The position numbers and the translations under genes are program-made. This document shows positions 25,158 through 36,224 of a stretch of 36,224 nt of DNA, one piece after another. Source of the DNA: Welwitschia mirabilis (lineage: Eukaryota). The stretch lies in contig JBOZIK010000001.1 of the NCBI GenBank assembly GCA_051453625.1, positions 3,755,225 to 3,791,448 of the forward strand, in the 5' to 3' direction. The notes beneath the pieces were generated by a model. It saw only the letters and a program-made list of their open reading frames with translations, made no database searches and had not been told where the DNA came from. Each line of letters opens with the position of its first letter. The stretch's first letter is position 1.

Positions 25158-25750
25158 CACCCCCTGACTAGAATTTTCCTAGTCTTTTAGCAAAATGTTG
25201 ATAAAGAAATGCTTAACATAAAAACTTATCTATGTAAAATGTTCAAGTATAAAAATGATATGATATTTTACAAAATTTTTGATTAATTTTTAATAAATAG
25301 AACATTAAAATTAGGAAAAAAATTTTGGAAAAGTGGATGCCATAAATCCTAACCAAGACTATACTATATCCTTAAAGTTAATGAGATAAAAAATTTAATA
25401 CAGAGCTTTTTGAGAATAATTCTAAGTGTTAAAAATATTTTACATTACATGGATTTCCATATAATAGGCTAGAGAATGATTTAGATGTAAGTATCTAGGG
25501 AAAACTTTAATGCAAAGAATTTAAACTAGCATACAAAATACATTTGAAAACACTATAATGTAATACATAAGAAAATTAGAATTATTATATAGATGAGAAA
25601 AATGGGATTGAAGGTCAAAATGGAATGTGCTCATCAGAAATGAATTACAATAACTCTTTGGACAATTTTATCAATGATTGAAAATTTGAAAAGACTGTGA
25701 ATGAGATGAAAACTATTGTAGAATACTTTGAAGGTGAAACTAAAAAATGG
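25158..25750 (-). mobile_element. Family Y 3' internal non-coding region, copy 2
   Basis: 25160-25430 is reverse-complement similar to 5060-5331. The rest is assigned by continuity only. Confidence 0.55.
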
Positions 25751-26009
25751 ATAATAGCACTGGCCGGAAATAGCAACAGCGCCAACTATTTTGGGATTTT
25801 ATAAATGATAGCTTCTGAAATGGTTTATTAGCCAAAATGGTAATTTTTAATGTTACATGCTAAATTGAATGATGAATNNNNNNNNNNTGGAAATGGGATA
25901 AAAGTTTATACTACATGATTAAAAAATCATTATGATGAGAGGTTTTATTTACAATGCATTGGTGTTTGGGTGCATAATTTTTTAACTTTTCCTCTTTTAT
26001 CAAATCTTA

Positions 26010-27268
26010 TTAATTGCAAATATATACATTACAAATATGACACACTAGTATAGATGAAAGTGACCCTAATGTCGTAAACCCATTAAAGGTGTGCAAGAGA
26101 AGAAGGGAAATTGATTTTTGAAGAAAATATTATATCCTAAACCTAAAAATAATGTAAGAAAATAAACATGCAATGCAATTCAAATGTAACCTAACCTAGA
26201 TTAATACTTATTCTATTACCAGATCAACTTATCAGGAAGATTGGCCCTGCATAACCTAAATCAACTAAGAAACTTATCACCAACCCTAACTAACTTAAGC
26301 TATCAAGTAAGTCAAATAGAATGTAATGTAATTTAATATAAAAATGTACTTAAACTAATATTGTTAACCTTAACAAGGGTTACCCTTATGACTTATATCA
26401 TTAAGGAGACTGTCACCGAATCAAGAACAACATTAAGGAATATTAAAAATTATTAATAAATAAAAGAAATAGAGTTTATATTATTGAACCAAAATCTAAG
26501 TTATAAAGTAGCCACACCGCAATGAAAGATGCATAGCCCAATATGAAGGAGATGTCTTTATGCAACTACTCAAGATGGATCTTTTGCCCTTCGATCTCTT
26601 ATTATAAGAATTTATAGTGCATCGAAGATAATAGAAATATCAAAGGAAAGGTTTATTTATACAAGAAGGAAAACGTAACTATCACTCAAGGTGTAACACT
26701 CACACTGGAAAACACGCTTAATCCTAAGAAAGAAATGGATGAAATGGATGAAAGTCAGCAAGCTGTTTTAATATCATTCTAACTATCATGGGGATAATAA
26801 TTTGGATGATACCTTATAATAATGGATGAGTCATCAATTTTTGGCTTTATAGTTAGCCCCATAGTTCACTTTAGATGTGTTATCATCCTAAATATGATGG
26901 GAAAGACACTAGGAATGATACCTCTTTAGAAAAAATAACTCATTATCTTCTATCTCTAGTCCACATTAGCATCTCAAATAGCTACTAAAGTGTTGTTGTC
27001 TTGCTTGTCGTGGGGATGATAGTGGAGATGACAATCTTTCTTATCTTTCTAGCTTAATAGAAATCAATCTTTTTCATTATTAATCTTCCTCCAAAGCTTT
27101 AAATATTAAAATATGCCTATGATGCCTCCAAATACATCAAGAATTGCATTTTTTGTGATCATCTCATTAATTCTTCATAATCACCAAAATTACATCTAAA
27201 CCTATACAAATGTCCTATAAAACTACTCATAATACCCATTTAAAATACTTTGAATTGGCATTGCATCA
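26010..27268 (-). repeat. LTR, family X, copy 2 (3' LTR)
   Basis: Starts TGATGCAATGCC at 27268 after purine-rich 'ggaaaagtaagggatta'. Colinear with 1944-3135. Confidence 0.7.
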
Positions 27269-30200
27269 TAATCCCTTACTTTTCCTTGTGAGTCTTNNNN
27301 NNNNNNTAAATTAAGTCCATAAATATATACCATGTAGGAATAAATATCAACAACCAATTAAATGATATTATACCTCGATAGATTCATAATAGATTTGTCA
27401 TCCTATCTATCATTTGGATGATAGTAGGGATGACAGGCTTGTAAAATCAGATGCCTGAAACTGATCATTAGAAAAATACAAGTACTGACATCTTTGTTAG
27501 TCCCCTAGTTAAAATATTTAACACATCACAATATAACAATTAAATTTTATACATAATAATCATTATAAGATGTAAAAATGATAGCTTCAGAAAATGATGA
27601 TGTACATGAATAACTAGGGGTAGTGATACTTAAAATGATGTGCATAAACTAAGTAAGGGTAACTCAAAATGATGTATACAAATTCATTAGTAAGTTTTAA
27701 ATATAATCTATAAGCGAAAAATTCAAAAAAATAATTATAATATTACTTCCCTTATTTATAGTTTCTTGAGTATTCTAGATTCCACTTGCAAGAAAGTTCT
27801 GTAACTGTGTTGCTATGGCCTACTAAATAATGCCTATAATGCTTGTTATAAAAGTAATACGAAATCATATATCAACCATTGCACCATATATATGTATCAT
27901 AAAAGCTTAAAATAAATCTTATGAAGAAATTTTTTGCTTAAATATCTTTAAAATTTTGCAAAAATTAATCTTGCCCTCTTCCTCCCCAAAGAAGAATCAA
28001 TACATCCCATATTGTAATAAATTAAGAGGAGTTGTATCATTTACCTAGTCATCCAAATAACATACATGGGATGACACTTAGAAAAATATGAATCTAGGAA
28101 AATAGTGAAGTCCACATAGAATTTAATAATTAAGAATAGTGATAATGAAGCCTTAGAAAGTCATCATAAATTCTAAAAGATAGGTAAAAGCTAAGAATCA
28201 TTATCCAAGGGATCATGATAAAGAAGTTGAAAACATGAAAAGCTCAAAGAAATAAAAAACATTAGGCCATGATAAAGAACAAAAGAGATAGAATCAATTG
28301 TAAATAAAATCCTCAAATGTACCCCAAACTCAATAAGCATTTAGGATTTTTTTAGTTGAATGTATGCAAAATTAAAAGAAAAGAAATGGAAAAAACACAT
28401 TAGCATAAAATGAAAGAAACACATCAATCAAAGTAAAAGGAATGCATCGAGTAAAGTGATAAAATAACAAAAAAATCTTATGAATAAAAACTACAAGTGA
28501 AAATAAGAAGACAACCAGAAAACTACCAAATTATCAAGTCCTAATTATTATGTGGAAAAAGATAAATAAATGACTTTGAAAATTCCAAACAAAACAACTA
28601 AGAAAACACAATAAAAATAGATAACTAGGAACATTAAGAAGATTATTTACCTATCCAAAATTCCAACCTATCAAAGTCCCTTAGTAGAAATCATAAAATC
28701 ACTTAATTAAGGATACATGACATAATGTTAAAAAAACTTTAAAAAGTACCACTCAAATGGGTAATGATTATGATGATGTCAATTATATCTAATATTGTCA
28801 ATCAATGGATGATAAGATCAAAAGATACTTAGAAATAAACTCACCTATTCATACCCCAAAACAACAGCAAAATCTAGAAAAACTAAAATGATCATGTAAA
28901 AATACTATATGAAAAGTGAGTCTAGAAAATAAGCAAGGCCTCTGATGATACGAGGGGCATTATTGATCCCATAGCCTCTAAGTAAAAATTAATTTTTCTT
29001 AACGAGGGGAGTGTAATCATTATCAGAGGAGTAAGGACCCAGACATCATGACCAATTGACCTCCCAGCAGAGTTCTTATAGCTATCATATTACACTGTCA
29101 AAGGTCCCTCTTAAGAAAATTTACCTTGGTGTGCTTGCACATCATGATGACCATGGTCTTATCTTAGTATTATATTTTTGTTTTCTTTTCTTTTCTCTTT
29201 TTCTTTTCTTTATTGTTAATGAACAAAAGAGAATAAATTCTACATGACCACGTACTTTTAAGAATAAAGGTAAAATAAGGAGATAAGAAACTAGGAAGAA
29301 CACTCAAATAACTAAAGACTCACATCATTGAGAGAGAATAAAAGAATGAAGGCATCTTCCTTTGAAATGAAGTTCATAAACATATGAATGTATTAAGATT
29401 GGGTAAAACCAATCTTATCATTTTGAAATGCCTAAGTAAAATATTTACTAATCATGATAACTTTATAAAGTAAAATATTAGCTAAGTTAAATATGTTCAA
29501 GTAATAGCATGATGTTTACTAAAACAATCAGCTAAGGAAGAAGTTATAAAATGTAAGAAAAAAAATCAAGGCAAGTTCTTTTACCATATTTAAGGTCTAA
29601 TTGGTTTATATCTAAATGATTTTTAACCTTTATCTGTCAACTTCTAAAATTTCTAAGTGTTAAGGTTGGAGATTTCAACTAAGCCATCTAAGATGTACTT
29701 TTCCTAAAAGATAAGAACATAACCATTGAGAGTTTTAATTAGTTGTGTAAAAGATGCACTCAAGTAATGTACATTTTAGAAAAATAAGGGCTAAACTAAA
29801 TAGAAACCAATTAATAAAACATAAACAGTATACAATCATTTTGAAGTAAAATAGCACAAATTTTAGAATTTAAATAAGAGATAAAGAAGTGATAAATTTC
29901 ATTGATAAAAAATCTCTTATTAAAACANNNNNNNNNNAGCTCCTTAAGATTTATTTTTAAGCATGGATTATCATCAAGAAGATAAAGTTTACCCCAATTT
30001 AAACTTCCAAGACATTCTAAGTCAAACTTTTAAAAAGAATGATTATTAAAAACACAAGTTAAAGCAAATTTGGTAGAAAAGGGAAGGATGTTATTTTGAG
30101 TATCATATGAATTTTTAAAAGGAAGAGATTAAGAGATAGTAAGAATAGACTCTTTAAAATTAAGAGTTTCATAAAAGTCAAGGAAATGAATATGGACTTG

Positions 30201-31928
30201 AGAATGATATAAAGATTCAAATGAAAAATATGGAGAAATGTTATCATTATCAAGATCATAAGGTAATGTGGAAGTGGAAGCAGAAGTAAAAGGAAGGATG
30301 TGATTTAAAGTTGTACATGAAGACATAAATGGAAAGGATGAAGAAATATGAGTAGAATGAACAAGTCTATAATCTATAAAGTTTAAATTAATCTCTATGT
30401 ATCCTTCATTTTGATCATTTTTTTCATTTTTATCTTTATCATTATTTCGTTAGATTGTTTATTTACTTTCCTGATCATTATTTGTAACTATATCTTCCTT
30501 CTCTTATGGAGTATGCCTCTCATTCTCTAAGTTCTTAGATTTATTAAAATGATCATCAAGATAAATGTAATCATTATCTTCATCATGAATTGAAAAGCTT
30601 TCAAATTCTTCATGAATAGATTTCTCATCTAGATAGTCTAATAGTAAATGAATGGTAGGAAGATAATTAAATATCTCCATATCATCATCTAATGAATGTT
30701 CATCCTCATCTTTATTATTGAAATATTGAATTAAGTTATTGTTATCTCTCCTTTGCTCATCTTCTAATGAGTATGATGTTGAAGTATGATCCAAAATTTC
30801 ATTCTCTATTTAATAGTAAGAATCATTGTCATTTATTTCTAAGTGCTTCTCATTTTCCTTAAGATAGGATAAAGTAGGATAGGTCTGAGAATGTTATATT
30901 ATAAAAGAATCTTAAATTTTTTAATAGTATTTGTTAAATGATCTCAATCAAATTTTCTAGGTTTTTTAAGTATTTTCTTGGGTCTTTTTCATGTAATAAA
31001 TTATTTCTTTCATTAGATCATTTTCTTCCTCATAGTAGTTCATAGGAGGTGGATTGTCTTCATAGTAATTTATGGGAGATGAATGGAATTAATAAAAATG
31101 ATTATAGGGTGTTTCTTTAAATGAGGTGGAATCCCTAAAATGTCGAAAATATTCATTATTATTCTTATATAAAGTTTTAAAATAATAAAATAAAGAATAA
31201 GAAGGTTGAAAAGAGGAATGGGCCCAATTCCCACTTTTAGTAATATTTTTTGTTGTTCTTTCTCTTTCTTGAAAAATTTCTTAAAGTGTTTTCTTATCAT
31301 TATCCTTAGATGTTTTTAAGTTTTTCGTCCTTTTAAAAAAAAAAAATCCTAAGGGTTCTTTTCCTCAAGGGTCCTTTTATTACTAGTCATTAAAGCAATT
31401 AAGAACAATGAAATAGGATGACAAGGAAAATAAGTATACAATTAAGATCAAGTTCTTCTCTCTTTGATATTTTCTCTTTTTATCAAAATTGTTTAAATTA
31501 TTAATACTTAAAAGATGTATAAGGATTTTTGTTTTATCATGAAGATGATTAATGGAATAACCATAAAAAAAATTATAGAACAGAAAGAATGAATTGCAAA
31601 AAGTAAAAATGGTCGCTGTCATCCTATGTATCATGGGAATGATAGTGTAAATGACATATTATTATGCTATAACATCTAGAAACATAACATCTAAAAATAA
31701 AAAACTTGTAGAAAAATAAATATAAAATTTTGAATTATCATCTTCACTCTTATAGGAACGATAGTACTTATTAATACTATGAAAAATAAAAATTGCCAAA
31801 ACAAACCTATAATTCTAACTAAGAATATAATATCACTATAGATAATATTCAAATTGAAATTTAATTTACTCACCTAGATAACAATAATTCTTGTACTTCT
31901 TAGTAGTGTTCCCTGGCAATGGAAGCAA
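27269..31928 (-). mobile_element. Athila-like internal region, apparently non-autonomous (gag remnant, acidic region, integrase C-terminal tail, long 3' non-coding region)
   Basis: PBS-like 'tgcttccattgccaggga' (~31910-31927; cf. TGGCGCCGTTGCCGGGGA). Weak gag traces VYLFSLS...NCFND and HFKKFF (31270-31570). YIT*VHLLHN*LK..QWLCSY...KVH.DGLVEI (29670-29775; cf. YNSRLHLFPGKLKSRW). 28500-29750 is a diverged direct repeat of 34620-35770. Confidence 0.6.
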
Positions 31929-33449
31929 TGTGCTCAAAGTGAAATGCAATCCTCATCATAAAAATTGAAAGATAATCATGTAAAAAATCATACAAAAGCA
32001 TACACCATGCTAAAGCAAAATGATATGTCTATATAATAATGAGAGTTTTTAGTACAAAAAGTGTAGAACAGGAGATATAAAATATAATCTAAAATCACTC
32101 CTCTCATTTACACATGATAAATCCTGGATTAGGAACCAGCTCAGAAGCAGGTGGAGAGGAAGAAGGATGATCAAAATTTATGGGAAGACACTCATTAATA
32201 GATGCTATAATAGACCTGACTATCTCATCACCCTAGACACATACTGACTTGGAAATGTCTACAGTCACATTCCGCTGTATANNNNNNNNNNNNNNNNNNN
32301 NNNNNNNNNNNNNNNNNNNNNNNNNNNNNNNNNNNNNNNNNNNNNNNNNNNNNNNNNNNNNNNNNNNNNNNNNNNNNNNNNNNNNNNNNNNNNNNNNNNN
32401 NNNNNNNNNNNNNNNNNNNNNNNNNNNNNNNNNNNNNNNNNNNNNNNNNNNNNNNNNNNNNNNNNNNNNNNNNNNNNNNNNNNNNNNNNNNNNNNNNNNN
32501 NNNNNNNNNNNNGCCTCTCCTGGTACCTATATATCCATATCCTATAAATAACAAGTAGAAGTCTGTATTTGTGAGAAACGTCACTCACCTATAGGTCCTA
32601 AGATCCTAAATAATTTGAATAAAGCTGATAGGAGGCATGAATAACCAAGTGTCTATAAATGTCATGCCTTAATCATAGATCTAAATCTCCTCCAAATGAA
32701 CATCAATAAATCCATCTGCTCCCCTTGACAGAAAGCTACCAGAATCTATAAATGTGTGACCATAGCTTAACTATCATGATATGATGGATTGATAGTGTTA
32801 ATCAGTACTCTATGTAAAACTCTGTATGTGGAGGTTAGCTAGGTAATATTTACTCCTCATTAATTAGTAGTCATATTAGCTGAAATGTCTAAAATGGTAC
32901 CATAAGCTCGACGCTCCTCTGTCCCACTAGCTGAATGAATATGTAAGCTCCCAAGACCTCTGATTTGTGATGACTGCAATATGAGATGGAAGGATAGCAA
33001 TCTCATCGTCTCAAATGTATGTAATAATGTGATCTTGTAGCTGACCGTGAACATCTAGTCGCCTCTCGATATGCATAATGTCGGAAAACTCTCTCATCTT
33101 AGAAACATAATATGTACCGTGAGCATCTATAATTCATCTGAGCTATAACTTTATTAGTCTCTAATCAATCTTTAGCTTTAGACAGCTCATGAAATCACTA
33201 GAGTATCTCTCAACATGAATGCTATCTATCTGTATGCTCAAAGATCGTCCATGTCAAGGTGGCAGGTGTATGGGCTCCTCATGCTGTATCTCAGGCTTAA
33301 CCAAAGGGCCTACTGCCTACTCCACAGACTCATATGAATCCTCTGCCTATCTATCTCTATGTGTACATGACTTATTCAACCGCAAACACAAAACTCGTCA
33401 TGCGAAACTAGATAAACAAGATGAAAATGTCATATGTTGATGCAATAAT

Positions 33450-36224
33450 GACCCCATAATAGGAAACAAATCTCAAAAATACTGGGAATATATCCTACCC
33501 CCCTTCCCCCCCAACCCCCCTCTAAAATATGCACTTCCTTCTAAATTACCTAATCCCAAGAAAAGACATGACAAAAAAAGAAGAAAATCTAAACACTNNN
33601 NNNNNNNNNNNNNNNNNNNNNNNNNNNNNNNNNNNNNNNNNNNNNNNNNNNNNNNNNNNNNNNNNNNNNNNNNNNNNNNNNNNNNNNNNNNNNNNNNNNN
33701 NNNNNNNNNNNNNNNNNNNNNNNNNNNNNNAAAAAAATGAGTGCAAAAGGTGAAAATATGAAAATTCCTCATAATACGCAAAAATGATCATAACTCGAAA
33801 AATACATAGTGAAAATCAAATCTGTAAGTTTCAAAATTTAGATTGTGATAAACTAAATAATATACATGAAAACTACATGTCAAAAGGCTAAAAAATGAGA
33901 GAAAAAATTGAAAAATCAAGAGGAGAGAAAAGCATACCTCATTTTTGCAAATGTGGTAAAAACTCATAAATCTAGCAATGAAATCAGGTGGAANNNNNNN
34001 NNNNNNNNNNNNNNNNNNNNNNNNNNNNNNNNNNNNNNNNNNNNNNNNNNNNNNNNNNNNNNNNNNNNNNNNNNNNNNNNNNNNNNNNNNNNNAGCATAC
34101 CTCATTTTTGCAAATGTGGTAAAAACTCATAAATCTAGCAATGAAATCAGGTGGAAGAAATCCTAAAATATTGGTACTAGCTAGAGGGATCATCATCTTT
34201 CAAAAGAATAGAGAAAAAAGATGAGAAAATGAGTGAAAAATGAGGAAAAAGGGTTTAGGCCATGGTTATATTGCACTATCATCCAATCGCATCATCTGGA
34301 CATCAGTCTGAGGATGACTATCAGAAAAATTCAGTCCGTTGTCCTGAGATGTCATCTGGACAATTACCTAAATGAAATTTTATCAAAAGGATTTTCAAAA
34401 AAGAAGTATCAACTAAGAAGATTAGACTCATATAGAATCATTAAAGTGACAGTTTTGAAAAAAACAGAAGATAAAAAGCACATGGGAAAAGAAAAACTAT
34501 GGCGAAAGAAAACAGATGATTTATGTTAAAAACCTACAAGAAAGAATGAATAAATGTGTCCAAATAAGAAAATAAAAGCATGATAAAGTTGAAAACTCAA
34601 GAGTTGATAAGGGAACTCATGATTAAATATCAAAAAAACTACTAAATGATTAAAGTCCTAAGAAGAAATAAGAAAATGCGGAGATAACTTTGAAATAGTA
34701 GACTCAAAAACAGAAGAAAACTAGAGTGAAAATGGACAAAAGGAATAAGGAGAAGATTGTTTACCTATCCTAAGTACTAACGTAGAAAACTCCAAAGGAA
34801 AACATTATAACATGACCTAAGTAAATATGCATGACAAAATGTATTAACTCTATAAAGTTCATTCGAAAAGGCAATGGTTATGGCAATGTCCAAAGTGTCA
34901 AGTGTGTAGAACAATAAAAGTTAAAATCAAAAGTTACTTAGAAATGGACTCATCTATTTGTACCTACAAACTCACCAAAATCTCCAAAAGTGAAATAATT
35001 AAGTGGGAATACTAAAGTTTTATTTCCTTTTTACCATAATGAGGGAAGTGCAACCACCATTAGAGAAGTAAAAACCCATGAAGCATGGCCAACTGAACCC
35101 CCAGTGGAGTTCCCACAGCTACCATATTACATTGCTAAAGGTGTCTCTTAAAAATATTTGTCCTAGTGTACTTGCAATCGGACATCATGTTTATCACTTT
35201 TTTTTTAGAGCATAAAAGAAAATTTCTACATAATCACATACTCAAGAAAAATGAAAGTGAATAAGTAAGATAAAAGACAAAAAAGAACACTTCCAAATAA
35301 CTTAAGATTTAAACATCATTGAAAAGAATACAAGAAACTAATGCATCTTCCTATAAATATAGTTCATAGACATGGGAATGTCTCAAGATTGGGTGAATCC
35401 AATTTTACCACCTATAAATACCCAAGTATAAAACTAATTATGATACTTCACAGAGTAATACATAAGTTAAGTTTGAAAGATAATTAGGTAAAGTCATAAT
35501 ATTTAACCAAAGAAGCCAGGTAAGAAAGAACTTAGATAATAATAGGAAGGACGTCCTCCTTAGTGAGGGAACCTCAACAAGTGCTTCTACCATGTTCACG
35601 ATTGCATCTAAAGATCCCTTGTATAATTTCAACCATTGTCCATTAACTTTTTGATTTCTTTATTTTTAAAATCTAAAATTTTAACTGAGCCATTAAAATG
35701 CAATTTCTGTATAAAATAAGAACCTAAACATTTAGAGGTTTACTTGTTATTCAAAAAGTAAACTCAAGTGTTATACAACAAAACAAGTTGATCTAGTTCA
35801 AACTTTTTATAAAAAATCCATTTATCATGTTTGAACTTGGCTTGGGCTTTATGAATCAATTGATGATGTATGGCACTAGTTCTATTTTCATCAAGATAAT
35901 TAAGTTGTACTAACCTATACCTAAGATTTTTATCATCCACAAGATTAAGTTGATGTGATATATGATAAGAATTATAACACATATTAACTGGTAAGACATA
36001 AACTTTACTGTAAATAAGTTCATAAGGTGAAAAACCAAGAGAAGTACACTAAGTAGTATGATAAGCTCAAAGTACATCGTTAGGTTTAAAAGCCTAAATC
36101 TTTTTATTAATAGAGACAAGTTTTCGAAGCATTTTCTTTATTTCTCTATTAGCATTTTCAACTTGGCCATTGGTCTAAGGATGATAAGCACAAGCTATTC
36201 CATATTTAATTCCCATGGACAAAA
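33450..36224 (-). mobile_element. Athila-like Ty3/gypsy element: integrase plus 3' non-coding region, continuing beyond the window
   Basis: Integrase motifs (next feature), and downstream non-coding sequence homologous to 28500-29600. Left boundary is uncertain. Confidence 0.75.
35590..36224 (-). pseudogene. Ty3/gypsy (Athila-type) integrase, C-terminal half
   Basis: YHP*TNGQVENANREIRKML (36128-36187), LGFSPYELIYSK, RLVQLNYLDENR...KAQAKFKHDK...DQLVLLYNT (ORF 35764-35982), SKCLGSY and KVNGQWLKLY. Confidence 0.9.

Noticed and set aside
33931..34156. 63-bp exact direct repeat (33931-33993 and 34094-34156)
   Set aside because: Same artefact around a 100-N gap.

Overview
Very AT-rich, CpG/CHG-depleted plant nuclear DNA from a gapped draft assembly. 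It is made almost entirely of nested, decayed retrotransposons. I find no host gene, RNA gene, CRISPR array or intact TE ORF. Best supported: (1) a near full-length L1-type LINE on the minus strand (14842-20232) with ORF1, ORF2, a poly(A) tail and a target-site duplication. It sits inside the RT 'QG' motif of a much older, different LINE (~12745-21240), and is itself interrupted by a TGTAACACCC-type LTR. (2) Two fragments of one Sirevirus-like (Ty1/copia) family: 5'LTR+PBS+gag, and env-like ORF+PPTs+3'LTR. (3) An internally deleted chromovirus (Tekay/Del-like). (4) Several Athila-like Ty3/gypsy pieces from two LTR families, including an integrase remnant at the right end. All protein calls come from translating short motifs by eye through stops and frameshifts. 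Family names are inferences that need a database check. I did not find a clearly new biological system; the interest lies in nesting, element architecture and the mutational signature.
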